Shown one piece after another: positions 30,060-41,185 of a DNA stretch of 64,000 nt. The notes beneath the pieces are model-generated. The model was given only the letters and a program-made list of their open reading frames with translations. It had not been told where the DNA came from and searched no databases. A program made the translations under genes and the position numbers. The stretch is from a virus: positions 1 to 64,000 of IMG/VR virus record IMGVR_UViG_3300033146_002242. One strand, 5' to 3'. Every line of letters begins with the position of its first letter. Positions within the stretch are counted from its first letter, which is position 1.

Positions 30060-30759
30060 CTTCTTTGATAGATGTTTCAGTTTTATTAATTATAATTGCA
30101 TTTTGTTCAGCTGTTTCAAAATAACATGTTAATCTTGTTTCAGAATCTCTATCAACAATAAATGGTGTAATTTGTAAATTACAATATGTATTTTGAATTT
30201 CCACTTCCAATGGAATAGAATCAACAATAACAGCTGATTGGTCATTTGAATCAGTTGTGGCAATTAATTTTGCATCATCACCATTAAATAACATTGTAAA
30301 TGCTGTAATATTATAATTAGATGCAATAATTTTCATTCTTTCACAAATTTTCAAAGAAAAATTTGTTGATAGTAAAACAGTTTGTTCATCCCATGCAAAT
30401 AGATTTGCTATTTCTTCATCTGACATATATGGATTATCAATAAATTGTAAATTTGGTTTCACAAAAGTAATTTTTGAAAAATTATCTTTAAATGTAAAAA
30501 ATTCATCATTTGAATCAATCTCAATATTATCACTACCTAAAAACATTCTTAATAAATCAATTTTCTGTTTAATAATTGTAAATGGTAAATTAATATCTTC
30601 AAGAAAATCCGTCATATCAATATCAAAAATTGCATTATGCGAATTTGTTTTTTGACGAATTTTACCTCCCACAATATCAATATCATTACACTCATCTTTT
30701 AATAATGAAATAATTGAATAAAAACTTTCATACTGATTGGCATCTAAATTGATTGACAT
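30010..30759 (-). CDS. Putative DNA sliding clamp (gp45/PCNA-like)
   Basis: 249-aa acidic beta-rich protein between the exonuclease and primase/clamp loader. Confidence 0.6.
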   Translation of the reverse strand: MSINLDANQYESFYSIISLLKDECNDIDIVGGKIRQKTNSHNAIFDIDMTDFLEDINLPFTIIKQKIDLLRMFLGSDNIEIDSNDEFFTFKDNFSKITFVKPNLQFIDNPYMSDEEIANLFAWDEQTVLLSTNFSLKICERMKIIASNYNITAFTMLFNGDDAKLIATTDSNDQSAVIVDSIPLEVEIQNTYCNLQITPFIVDRDSETRLTCYFETAEQNAIIINKTETSIKEVDFTIYSRTQFNSEDE

Positions 30760-31151
30760 TACTCGATTCCTCCTATCGTATTAATCGACAAATTTTTGTA
30801 AATTACTAAATATGTTGCTGAATTTTCTGTTATAATTTTTGTTTGATCTAATGATATAAATAAATCTTCTAATATAGAAACTAAATTCATAATTTTTTCT
30901 GATAATTTTTTATTAGTATCTAAATTATTTACCATATAAATTATAATAATACCACTTGTACCATTTTGTTTATGATTTATAAAAAATAAATTGTCATTAT
31001 CAAATGAAACTGCACAGTCATATTGCATAGCTTTGCTATATAGATTATAAAAATCGATATTATCAATATCGAAATTATCACTTAAATCATATCCATTTTC
31101 CAATGTCTTTTCATATAAATCTAATACTCTTTGTTTTAAATGTTTTCTCAT
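30759..31151 (-). CDS. Hypothetical protein
   Basis: 130-aa ORF. Confidence 0.6.
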   Translation of the reverse strand: MRKHLKQRVLDLYEKTLENGYDLSDNFDIDNIDFYNLYSKAMQYDCAVSFDNDNLFFINHKQNGTSGIIIIYMVNNLDTNKKLSEKIMNLVSILEDLFISLDQTKIITENSATYLVIYKNLSINTIGGIE

Positions 31152-31185
31152 CTTATTCCCCTAATATTTTCATCAATATATAAAT

Positions 31186-32184
31186 TTAAATAATAATTTT
31201 TTCAGGATTACAAAATGAATCCCCAAAATCATCTCCATGTGTATTATAAAAAATTTTAATATCATTACAAAAATTTTTCAATTTTCTTTTTAATTTTTTA
31301 TAATAATTAATACTTATATTACCATCAGATAATATAACAACATCTGGCATATAAATATTATCATGGAAAATGATAGATTTTATAAGAGATTCAAATCTTT
31401 GACTAAGGGAGCAATAATAACCAAAAGCTTTGTTTCTACACCCCGTATAATCAAATATGTGATCATTAAATATATCAAATAAACCTTCACCAATAACAAT
31501 TAAATTAGAATCATTTATATGGTGTGTTATTTTATAATAATCTAGTAAATCCATATCTTTTTGGATATTGAATTTATAGTATCTGAAATCAGATGTTTTA
31601 TCAGTATTTCTAAAAATAACTTTAGTTTTATTTTCCAATAGAAATCCTATAAAATTATTTTGTAAAAAATAAATCATTTTCTTATCTGAGTCAGAAAGAA
31701 TATTCTGTAAATTATTTAATTCAATAAATTTTTCTACATCAAAAATTAATCCTTTAATATTTTTTATATCAAATGGAGCATATGATAATCTTGCTCGTAA
31801 ATAATTTTCTTTATCTGGAAATTCACCTTTATGTAATTCAGGTAATTTAACATCTTTACTAAATACAAATTCAGTATTTGAAAAATTTAATTTTTTATAA
31901 TTTTTTATTTTATTTAATGCTTCATCATCAATATATTTACTGTATGAATGTGTTCCCGTAATTTTATTTATGAACTTTTTAATTGTACCACTTTGATTAC
32001 AACCAGCTTTAAAACAATTAAATATTGGTTTATCTAATGAAATATATAAATGATTGTGGTGATGATGTAATCTATTTATTTCACACCACGGACATTTACA
32101 TATTATATTACTACTTGTTATTTTTACTTCACCAAGATATTCTTCAATGAAATCTATAAATTTGTCTTGGTAAATACCAATCAT
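31186..32184 (-). CDS. DNA primase (Zn finger plus TOPRIM)
   Basis: CKCPWC..H..FNCFKAGC; IGEGLFD; ILSDG. Confidence 0.8.
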   Translation of the reverse strand: MIGIYQDKFIDFIEEYLGEVKITSSNIICKCPWCEINRLHHHHNHLYISLDKPIFNCFKAGCNQSGTIKKFINKITGTHSYSKYIDDEALNKIKNYKKLNFSNTEFVFSKDVKLPELHKGEFPDKENYLRARLSYAPFDIKNIKGLIFDVEKFIELNNLQNILSDSDKKMIYFLQNNFIGFLLENKTKVIFRNTDKTSDFRYYKFNIQKDMDLLDYYKITHHINDSNLIVIGEGLFDIFNDHIFDYTGCRNKAFGYYCSLSQRFESLIKSIIFHDNIYMPDVVILSDGNISINYYKKLKRKLKNFCNDIKIFYNTHGDDFGDSFCNPEKIII

Positions 32185-32185
32185 T

Positions 32186-33169
32186 TTATTTTACCAATTT
32201 AACATATTTTTTGACAGCTTCTATACTATCAAAAAGCATGGCCATAAAATTCATTGATGGTGATAAACAATCTTTATGTTTAATTGAATACTGATTAATT
32301 TTAATTTTTATATATGGTGGTATTTTTTCTTTATTAAATAAATCTTCATATACCTTACGATAATCAATTTCATAAGCATATTTATTTAAAGTTTCAATTA
32401 TTAATTGAATAATTTTAGAATTAGCTGATGAATTCTGTTGAATAATATTTTGCATAATTTCAATAAATTTAGATACTAAAATATTTTCCTGAGTAACAAT
32501 TGATTGTTTATCAATATTTAATTTTCCATCAACAGAGAATTTTTGAAGTCTATCAATTATTTTACGTACATCCGGGTACATAAAAGAAACTATATAATTA
32601 ACATCCTCAATATCATATTTAATATTTTCTTCTTTTAAAATATTTTCACAAAATTCAATTATAATTTCAGATGGTAATAATTGAAATTTATATTCTGTTA
32701 ATCTTGATTGTAGTGCATCTGGAATATTTGCTACATAATTACAAGTTAATATAAATCTATTTGTTTCAGAATATTTTTCAATAATAGCTCTTAATGAATG
32801 AAATGCGTGATCTGTTAAATAATCTGCTTCATCAATGAAAACAATTTTTAATTTATCAGGTGGCGCAACAGGAATTTTTAAGAAAGGTTCTATAACATTA
32901 GATACAAAATTGATACCTCTATTTTCTTGTGCTGACCCATTCAAAGCTAATACATTAGCTTTTCTATTTTGTATAATACCATTTTTAGATGTAATAATTC
33001 TTGCAATTGATGATTTACCTGTTCCCGGTGGTCCGTGTAATAATAAAGATGGTACATCATTATTGTTGATATATTCTTTAAATTTAACACTATATTTTTC
33101 TGGTAAAACTAAATCATCTATTTTCTTCGGTCTATATTTTTCAACCCATAAAGAATTTAAAATTTCCAT
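32186..33169 (-). CDS. Clamp loader AAA+ subunit (RFC small/T4 gp44-like)
   Basis: LWVEKYRP, GPPGTGKS, VFIDEAD, RFILTCNY, LQSR, YPDVR. Confidence 0.92.
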   Translation of the reverse strand: MEILNSLWVEKYRPKKIDDLVLPEKYSVKFKEYINNNDVPSLLLHGPPGTGKSSIARIITSKNGIIQNRKANVLALNGSAQENRGINFVSNVIEPFLKIPVAPPDKLKIVFIDEADYLTDHAFHSLRAIIEKYSETNRFILTCNYVANIPDALQSRLTEYKFQLLPSEIIIEFCENILKEENIKYDIEDVNYIVSFMYPDVRKIIDRLQKFSVDGKLNIDKQSIVTQENILVSKFIEIMQNIIQQNSSANSKIIQLIIETLNKYAYEIDYRKVYEDLFNKEKIPPYIKIKINQYSIKHKDCLSPSMNFMAMLFDSIEAVKKYVKLVK

Positions 33170-33177
33170 TACTTACC

Positions 33178-33804
33178 TCAACAAGTTGGCATATTTTCAA
33201 TTGGTATTTCTTCTAAAATTTTCCCATGCATTTCTATTTTTGCTTCCATAGTTAATTCTTTCATGCAATGATAATAATAATGAAACATAAAAGCTTTTTC
33301 AGCTTCTAAATATTGTGTTGATATACCAATTTTATCATCAGATTGTTTGACATATAAATATGATTCCTTAATAACAAAACCTATTAAATTATCAATATTT
33401 AAATTACTTAATACAATTCCAAAATTAATTAACATATTGGCACTAGTTATTTCTACAAAAGGATTAATAAGTAGAAAATATTTTTCTTTATTTTCATTTT
33501 CTTTTAAAACATCATCTGGAACTAATTCTTTTTGTGAAAATTCCTCATAAGGAATCATTGTAATATCACCAATCAAAGTTACCATGATTTCTAATTTATC
33601 GACCTTTTTAAAATCATATATATCAAATGAGATTGATTGGTATAAATGATATTTTTCAATAATTGTTTTAATAATATTTTTAAAAGTATCTGAAATATTT
33701 TCAATTTTATCTATATCTAATTTTTTATCAATTTCAGAATATAATGGTTGATATCCATTTTTAATTAAATCTAGAATTGCTGAACTATCGGCAGTATTTA
33801 TCAT
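33178..33804 (-). CDS. Hypothetical protein, possibly degenerate peptide-deformylase fold
   Basis: LLINPFVE..G and AFMFHYYYHC where QHExxH would lie. Confidence 0.35.
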   Translation of the reverse strand: MINTADSSAILDLIKNGYQPLYSEIDKKLDIDKIENISDTFKNIIKTIIEKYHLYQSISFDIYDFKKVDKLEIMVTLIGDITMIPYEEFSQKELVPDDVLKENENKEKYFLLINPFVEITSANMLINFGIVLSNLNIDNLIGFVIKESYLYVKQSDDKIGISTQYLEAEKAFMFHYYYHCMKELTMEAKIEMHGKILEEIPIENMPTC

Positions 33805-33817
33805 AATACAAACTCCT

Positions 33818-34156
33818 TTAACAACTATAATCTTTTAAGTAATCAATTAAATTTTTTTCCAATAATTCACTAATATTTTTAAAAAATTTATCTTCTACAT
33901 ATTCGTTAGGAAATTTTATTGAATCATATTTTTCAGATATATGTTTATTAATCATATTTTTTATTTTCATTATTTCGATATTTTTTTTAGATGCTAAATC
34001 ATCATTTGTATGTTGTATTTTTTTTAGTTTTACATCTTGTGTTTTACCTTTATTAGCGGCAACTGGACAAATACCGTTTTCTGGTTTTGGATGTATATAT
34101 CCACACTCAGGACATAATTCACCAGATAAATTTATTAATCCATCAGTTTTATTCAT
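33818..34156 (-). CDS. Hypothetical protein with Zn-binding motif
   Basis: CPECGYIHP..CPV; late-promoter motif at 34193-34206. Confidence 0.6.
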   Translation of the reverse strand: MNKTDGLINLSGELCPECGYIHPKPENGICPVAANKGKTQDVKLKKIQHTNDDLASKKNIEIMKIKNMINKHISEKYDSIKFPNEYVEDKFFKNISELLEKNLIDYLKDYSC

Positions 34157-34470
34157 TATAATATCTCCTTTAATAACACAAATATTACTTTGTATTTATA
34201 TGTTCTATTTTTGGATTTTTATATCTCTATATTTTATAAATGAAAATAAAATCTCTTATTTTTATGCATATCTACATATAAAATAATTTTATAATTATAA
34301 AAATATAAATACTCTAAAATTTTATGATTTGAGATGAAATCTCTATTAAATTTTAGAGATTTCATCGCAAAGTTAACTAAGTAATTGATATTATTCAGAT
34401 CCACATCTCATTTTATTTTCGAAAAAAAAGAGAACACATTAATGTATTTAAGCAAGAGGATGTTTATACT

Positions 34471-34530
34471 ACCCGGGCTCCACCGGCGCACAACGTCATC
34501 CGGTGGGTTGCTTCGCAACTACAGCTGGGT
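34471..34530 (+). ncRNA. GC-rich three-way-junction element (RNA or ssDNA)
   Basis: ACCCGG-GCT/AGCTGGGT, CCACCGG/CCGGTGG, GTTGC/GCAAC; AACA-CATTAA-TG motif about 30 nt upstream. Confidence 0.55.
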
Positions 34531-35953
34531 GATAAATTTTGATTGATTTTCATTTCTAAATTTTTATTCCAAAAATATATTTCTAGAAAAATTTTTTCGA
34601 ATGTTATTTTTATCTGATCACATATTAAATTAAATTTTTATTAAAATAATCATTTGAGATTGTCAAGATAGAAATATTAAATATAAAAACACAATTTAAA
34701 AATAAGTTTATATAAATCTTTTTTATTTTTAAATATCATTTATAAAAATTAATTTTGAACAACTTAAAATATAAATAATAAGAATAAACCTCATCTGTGT
34801 TTCCCGGAAAAAAAATTACACGGGTTCCCAAGACCCGTGGAATTTTTTTTTGTATCGGTACTAACAAATTTATATAAAAAATATATTTACGGTGGATTAA
34901 ATAAAAAATTTTAAAAATAAATATTAAAAGACGATAGTCTCCAGAATAGATTTTATTCTAAAAAATATATTTCATTATATAATAAATAAAGTTATTAATT
35001 TCAAATATCAATAAATAATGTTTTTATTTTGATGTTAATTTTTAATTTTTAATTTTAATAATCTTTTTTATTTATCTTTATCTGAAATAGATGTTTTGGA
35101 ATATTGGAAATTTGATTTAAGTTATTATAATATCTGAAATAAATATTAATATTAAATATAGATATTTTAATATTGATAAGATTAGATTAACAATAATTCA
35201 AATTATTAATTTTTAGTTTAGTATATATAATTATTATTATTTCAAACTAAAAATATAATTACTAAAATATTAATCAGCTTTCAGCTTTTGTTATCATAAA
35301 TTAATTTTAAGTTGAAATTGCTATTTTGTTATAGATCATTAAATCAATAATACTATAATTTAATATTAAAATTAAAATATTGAAATAACAATTTCACTTA
35401 AAAAGCGAAATTTTACATAAAAATATATATCATATACATGATATCATGTTATAATATAAAAATATAAATACGTGTCGGATATTAGTTGATATTAATATGT
35501 ATTCAAATAGTATTCAACAAATAATAATTCAATTATATGATATACTAGTTTAAAGTTGTATGAATAATATTCAACAATATATTTAAAAGTTTATTTTTTT
35601 TATTTGATAATCTCGTGTAATCTAGTAATATTTCAATTCCACTATTCAGAATTATATGATATTCAAACATAATATTTTAATGTGATAATAACATTTTATA
35701 TAAGATCTACATTATAATTAATTTGTTGAATTTATTTATTAAGATTGTTAGTGTAAATAGAAAAAATTTTGAAATATTTTTTAAGAACATAATAAAACAG
35801 ATGAATAAATAAGATGATTAAGCTAGAAATTTTAAATTTAGCTAAAGATATTAATTTAAATATTTATTTTAAAAACTTTTCAAATTTTATTTTTTTGGCG
35901 CCGGCCCCGAGTGGAACTTAGAATTTTATTTTGGGTTTTTATCTTTGAAAATT

Positions 35954-35967
35954 ACAACATATAATTG
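35954..35967 (+). promoter_or_regulatory. Putative late promoter (ACAACATATAATTG)
   Basis: AACA-N6-TG upstream of ORF 36017. Confidence 0.65.
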
Positions 35968-36016
35968 CTACATATTATATATAGAAAAGTTTAGCTAAGT
36001 GAGGTGACGTAGAGAA

Positions 36017-38170
36017 ATGTTAATTAAACAAGGACCAGAGTATGAAAATGCGGTAAAAATTTTAATATCTCATAAAGATGATAAATATTTTAATAATTGT
36101 AGCTTTACATTGTCAGGTACGAAAGCCAAAAAAATAAATGATGATAAGATTCATAGTTGGAGTGAATTAAAATTTAATTTTGAATTTAAAAATCATGATA
36201 TAAAATTTGGTAGTATTGGTGGTTATAAAAATATAGTATTAGATAGAAGTTCTTTTTTGAGTTGGTTATTATCTATACAAGATGCTGTTAATGACCCTAA
36301 TTGTTATGAAAATGAAGTTACAATTAAAAGAAGAATAAAAGATATAGATTTTTTTGTGAAATTTGCTATTTCGCAAAAATTTAATTGTAATGCAGTTATG
36401 ATAGGGGTATCGACTGCAAAAAGTGGTTTAATATATCTAGGCATTGATTCTAATTTATTTAATCAATATATGATGCAATTAGGTCGATTGTCTATTGATA
36501 TTTTAAATTTTGAAATGGCGTTTGACCAAAGTATTTTATTATATAAAAATAATCAGATTTTAGAATATCAAATTAATCAAAATGAACAAATTCTAAATTT
36601 ATTATCAAATGGTAATTCAATTAATACACCAGTAATTGAAGTAAATAGTGATAATATAGAAATATCAAATCCAGATAATATAATAAGTGATGAACATAAA
36701 TCAGTTGAAGAAGAAAATAATGAAAATATTATTTCAGAAAATGTTGATGAATTTTTAGAAAATTTAGAAGAAAATTTAGAAAAAACTGAATTAGAACCTT
36801 TGTTTGAACAACGTGAAAAAGAATTAACATCTCCACCTGATAGAGAATCAAAAGAAGAACCTACCTTAATTGAAAATTATATAATTGAAAACAAAATTGG
36901 TATAAAGCAATTATTTATTGATTTATATAACAAAGCTGCTAATTCAACATCTTTTACTTTCGATAGTCTATCATATTTTTTTGATTTATTAAAAACTGAA
37001 ATTTATATAGACAAATATATTATAGAAGAAGATAAAAAATCATTATTTTATTTATCTCAAATACAATATTTTAAATTATTAAGTGAATACAATACAACAA
37101 GTAATATTGATAATTTTTATCCAATTCATTTAAAATTTGATATTGCGGAAGATCAAGTAACTGATTTAGAAACAATTAAAAACATCAATGATATTTTAAG
37201 TATTTATATTTATTTATTATCTTTATCTGAAAAATTATCAAATAGAGAAACTGATATAACAAAAAATAAATTATTTTTATGTCAGATTGTTAGATTAATT
37301 TTTGAACCATATTATTTATCGTATTATTGTGCAATGGAATTGATTCCAAATAATTTTGAGACTACTATACTCAATCATTTTTATAAAATTAAAAAAACTG
37401 GATTTTTTAATGATTTTGATTCATTATTAAATGATTATGAATTGGCACCTATATCTGAAAAAGATTTAAGAAAGAATATTCTTAATATAAAAGAATTGAT
37501 TACTGAAAATAGACGACCGTTAAAAAGAATTCATCAAGACTTATTAAAAATAGGTATTATTAAATTATCTTATAAAAATGTTTTTGAATGGGAACATATA
37601 AATGATATATGTAGAATAGAAACTATTTTGAAAGATGGTTATTATACTAAAGAAGAAATTATTGAAATAGTTAGTAAAAACAATATAAAGAATAAAAATA
37701 TTGTTAAATTTTTGAAAAAAGCTTATATTAAAAAACGAAAAGAAGGAGAAGCAGTTCCGTTTTCAGATTTAACTCTAGATGAATTAGAACAAATTGTTTC
37801 TCATATATCTGGTGCAGATAACACACCATTGGTAAGATATATAAATAAATATTTAAAAGATGTATCTTATAAAAATGAATTAATAGAATTTGCTAAATTA
37901 CATAGAGACAAAGATATAAATTTATTAGAATTACCGGAATCGATTAATATACATCAGCTACCTGAAAATATATTAATAGCTTTATATAAATGGAAAAATG
38001 TTAAAAATGATAAAAATTTAAAAAGTTATTCATATTTTATCAAATTAATAGAAAATTGTATTGAATCAAAAAGTGATATTATAGCTGTTTATGTAGCTGA
38101 AAAAGAAAATATTTTAAATAACATAGAGAATAAAAATGTCGATGATTGGTCGATATTAGACGGGGATTAA
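36017..38170 (+). CDS. Large hypothetical protein
   Basis: 717-aa ORF, first gene of the rightward block. Confidence 0.7.
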   Translation: MLIKQGPEYENAVKILISHKDDKYFNNCSFTLSGTKAKKINDDKIHSWSELKFNFEFKNHDIKFGSIGGYKNIVLDRSSFLSWLLSIQDAVNDPNCYENEVTIKRRIKDIDFFVKFAISQKFNCNAVMIGVSTAKSGLIYLGIDSNLFNQYMMQLGRLSIDILNFEMAFDQSILLYKNNQILEYQINQNEQILNLLSNGNSINTPVIEVNSDNIEISNPDNIISDEHKSVEEENNENIISENVDEFLENLEENLEKTELEPLFEQREKELTSPPDRESKEEPTLIENYIIENKIGIKQLFIDLYNKAANSTSFTFDSLSYFFDLLKTEIYIDKYIIEEDKKSLFYLSQIQYFKLLSEYNTTSNIDNFYPIHLKFDIAEDQVTDLETIKNINDILSIYIYLLSLSEKLSNRETDITKNKLFLCQIVRLIFEPYYLSYYCAMELIPNNFETTILNHFYKIKKTGFFNDFDSLLNDYELAPISEKDLRKNILNIKELITENRRPLKRIHQDLLKIGIIKLSYKNVFEWEHINDICRIETILKDGYYTKEEIIEIVSKNNIKNKNIVKFLKKAYIKKRKEGEAVPFSDLTLDELEQIVSHISGADNTPLVRYINKYLKDVSYKNELIEFAKLHRDKDINLLELPESINIHQLPENILIALYKWKNVKNDKNLKSYSYFIKLIENCIESKSDIIAVYVAEKENILNNIENKNVDDWSILDGD

Positions 38171-38754
38171 AAATGAGTTTAACATTAGGAAAATCATTTA
38201 ACAGACAATATAAATTAAGATTACCATTCAGAGATTATTTTTATGATATAAGTGTTTTTTATCATACTGATATAAATTTTAATTTGTTTGATATCAATCC
38301 AATAATGAAATATAATTCAAATAAAGATTTAAAAGCCGTAAATATAAATATGTTTAAAAATATAGAATCGTCTGATTTTTGTATTAATTGTTTAGATTTG
38401 AAAACAATTAATAATAGATTGTCTAAATATGAAAATATCAAAGATGAATGGAAAAATGATATAACTTGTGTTGGTAAAGAAAGAGTAAATATTTCATCAG
38501 ATAATTATTTAAAAGTAATAACTTTTAGAATAAAAAGTTATAATAATATAAAAGATGATTTTATTTTTTTATTAGTGGAAAGAAAAAATTATTTAAAAAA
38601 ATATAAAGATGATAGAATTACAACTACTTTATCAGGTATCCAAATAGCAACTAATTCACCTATAGATTATATAAAAAGTGAAAATCAAAATCAATTTATT
38701 TCATCAACAGTAATAACAAATGATTATGATACCAATACTATCATTAAATTATAG
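38146..38754 (+). CDS. Hypothetical protein
   Basis: ORF, likely start near 38173 (MSLTLG). Confidence 0.6.
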   Translation: MVDIRRGLKMSLTLGKSFNRQYKLRLPFRDYFYDISVFYHTDINFNLFDINPIMKYNSNKDLKAVNINMFKNIESSDFCINCLDLKTINNRLSKYENIKDEWKNDITCVGKERVNISSDNYLKVITFRIKSYNNIKDDFIFLLVERKNYLKKYKDDRITTTLSGIQIATNSPIDYIKSENQNQFISSTVITNDYDTNTIIKL

Positions 38755-38762
38755 GATATATA

Positions 38763-40067
38763 ATGTCTATACAATCTGAACAAAATTATTTTTTTATACA
38801 TAATGTATTTGCGCATTTTTTTGATGATTCATTAAATTATTTTGCAGATTATTTATATCCTAGATTTAAACATCAGGTGGTTGGTACATATGATAAAGCA
38901 GTTGAATATATTAATAAAAAAGCTGAATATGGTAATGAACATGATATGCCCAATTTACCTGCTATAATATTGAATCCATCGGGTGAGTTTAATATATCAG
39001 ATGCTATTACAGGGGCACACCAATTATGGCGGTTTCCAAATATTTCAAATGGTAATGAACATTTAAAATGTGTTTTATATGATCCTATTTATCAAGATGG
39101 AAATGTAACGGTCAATCCAATTTTTGTTAGATTGAAGGGTGATTTTGAATTAATAATGTTATTAAATTCTTTTTATGAATATTGTGATATGAAATTATAT
39201 ATGTTACAAATGTTTGGTGGAATGAATAGACCGATATATCCATCCACGTTTAGAACATTTTTAATAATACCAGATGAAATGTTAAATTATGAGTATATTA
39301 ATCCTGTTGATGGGAGTAGTTATTTTTTAAATTGGGAAAGTGCTGGTGCATATGAAACATTAGTTAAAACAACTAATAGAAATGAAATTGTTGTTCCTGT
39401 AAATATTACACCTCGTTATACATTAGTTGGATTATCTGATGCTAGTATGAAATATGGCGGCTCTGATAAATTAGCTGATTGGCGATTATCTGTAACTGTT
39501 GAATATGAAATAGAAATGCCGTGGTATGTTTTTATAAATACTGATTATTTAATTGAAAATGTTAATTTTAATTTTTCATTAATTTCTTATATGGGAGATA
39601 CTTCAAAGGTTTTACAAGACGCAACATCATATGATGAATTTTTAAATTATTTCAATTGGAATGATATTTATCAAACATCTGTTGATTATGATTGGGGATA
39701 TCAAGATGGTGTGCATAATCCTCCAGCTGATGTTGAACAAGTAGATGCAACAAAAACTATTGATTCATCTACATGGGAAAAAGCAGGATTTTATTTTTAT
39801 ACTTTTACAGAAGATGATATTAATAATTTAGATAATAATATACCGACTGATGGATTTATTATTCCATTTAAACCAGATGCAGATAATATTTTACATGTAA
39901 TGTCTAAATATGGACAATTGACTTTGAATTTAGATTATACAATTGAAGATTCTGGCACAGGATCAAATGATATTTTGATTAGAATTATTAAAAATACTGA
40001 GAATCAAAATATTATATGGAAGGTTGATGATATTTTAGAAATTTATACTTTTATTAAAATAGTATAG
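38763..40067 (+). CDS. Putative tail completion/sheath-terminator-like virion protein
   Basis: LPAIILNPSG..LIMLLNS..WRLSVTVEYEIEMP; function by weak pattern only. Confidence 0.4.
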   Translation: MSIQSEQNYFFIHNVFAHFFDDSLNYFADYLYPRFKHQVVGTYDKAVEYINKKAEYGNEHDMPNLPAIILNPSGEFNISDAITGAHQLWRFPNISNGNEHLKCVLYDPIYQDGNVTVNPIFVRLKGDFELIMLLNSFYEYCDMKLYMLQMFGGMNRPIYPSTFRTFLIIPDEMLNYEYINPVDGSSYFLNWESAGAYETLVKTTNRNEIVVPVNITPRYTLVGLSDASMKYGGSDKLADWRLSVTVEYEIEMPWYVFINTDYLIENVNFNFSLISYMGDTSKVLQDATSYDEFLNYFNWNDIYQTSVDYDWGYQDGVHNPPADVEQVDATKTIDSSTWEKAGFYFYTFTEDDINNLDNNIPTDGFIIPFKPDADNILHVMSKYGQLTLNLDYTIEDSGTGSNDILIRIIKNTENQNIIWKVDDILEIYTFIKIV

Positions 40068-40078
40068 GGGATGTTAAA

Positions 40079-40669
40079 ATGAAAGAAATTTTATATATAA
40101 GAGAATCAATGATTGATAATATAGATCCTGATGTTGCGAGAGTTGATGTAGCGGGAGCAATTATTTTTAAAAATTTTAAGTCAGATAAAGGAAAATTGTT
40201 GATTATACAACGAGCTAAAGATGACCATTGGCCGAATTTTTGGGAAATTCCACGGGGGAAAGTCGATGAAGGTGAAAAAATAAAACAAGGTCTGTTAAGA
40301 GAAGTCAAAGAAGAAGTTGGCTTAGATATTGAGATTTTACAATATTTTAATAAGTTTAATTATGTTGTTAAACATAATGGTATTATTGAAAGAGTTTCAA
40401 CACAATATAATTTTATCTGTCGTATGAAAAATGAGGATGATGAAGTAAAATTATCACATGAACACCAAAATTATAAATGGATTTCATATGATGCCGAAGC
40501 TGAACTTTATTTAAATGGTGAAATAAAACAAACTGTTATGATGGCATTAAATAAATTTGGTGATTTTAATATAAATACAGGATATGATTATAAACCAGAA
40601 AAAGCCGATTTGTTGGATATTACAGAATCTATTCACAGAACTTCATTTTTCAAAGGTAATAATTTTTAA
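40079..40669 (+). CDS. NUDIX hydrolase
   Basis: WEIPRGKVDEGEKIKQGLLREVKEEVG Nudix box. Confidence 0.92.
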   Translation: MKEILYIRESMIDNIDPDVARVDVAGAIIFKNFKSDKGKLLIIQRAKDDHWPNFWEIPRGKVDEGEKIKQGLLREVKEEVGLDIEILQYFNKFNYVVKHNGIIERVSTQYNFICRMKNEDDEVKLSHEHQNYKWISYDAEAELYLNGEIKQTVMMALNKFGDFNINTGYDYKPEKADLLDITESIHRTSFFKGNNF

Positions 40670-41185
40670 ATGTATCTTTTAATAGAGCAGCCGGGTTTAA
40701 CTTTTGTTTATAATAATAAGGAATATACGTCTCCTATTGAATTTGAATTTGATAAACATAATTTACCAAATTTATTGATGCAATTAAGAGATGCTGATAT
40801 TGAGCAATTTACTATTTCACCTAATTCTAAAAAAAGACATAGTAGCCGTGTTGTTCAAAATATTGTTAAAAAAGAAAAACATGTAGAAAAAAATATTGAT
40901 AAAGATCAGTTATTATATCTTTTAATGAAGGTTTCTGATAAATTAAATAGCATTGAACAAAATATTCAAAATCAGAAATCTTCTGTTACATATGTTACAA
41001 ATAATGAAGTTATTCAACAATCTCAAAATAAATCTGAATCATCTGATTTATTTATACCTGAAATAGATGTACAAGGAATGGAAGTTGATTTTGCATCAAA
41101 TATAAAAAGTGAAAAAAATGAATCAAATCAAGAAGATAGTGCAGATTTTTTAAGAAAATTATTAGGAGATAAAACTAATGAGTGA
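40670..41185 (+). CDS. Hypothetical protein, possible partner of the actin-like ATPase
   Basis: Overlaps start of the actin-like gene; coiled coil plus acidic tail. Confidence 0.55.
   Translation: MYLLIEQPGLTFVYNNKEYTSPIEFEFDKHNLPNLLMQLRDADIEQFTISPNSKKRHSSRVVQNIVKKEKHVEKNIDKDQLLYLLMKVSDKLNSIEQNIQNQKSSVTYVTNNEVIQQSQNKSESSDLFIPEIDVQGMEVDFASNIKSEKNESNQEDSADFLRKLLGDKTNE

Larger units (their letters stand above)
34157..36016. other. 1.86-kb extremely AT-rich non-coding region at the strand switch; candidate replication origin/control region
   Basis: No ORFs in track; divergent gene blocks; inverted repeats at 34333-34366 and about 34808-34850. Confidence 0.55.

Noticed and set aside
34808-34850. 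GGGTTCCCAAGACCC as a twister ribozyme core
   Set aside because: Other twister pseudoknot strands are missing; better explained as a simple A/T-flanked hairpin
35783-35793. 11-nt match of array spacer 5 (ATTATGTTCTT) to the origin region
   Set aside because: Short, AT-rich and expected by chance; diverges immediately afterwards
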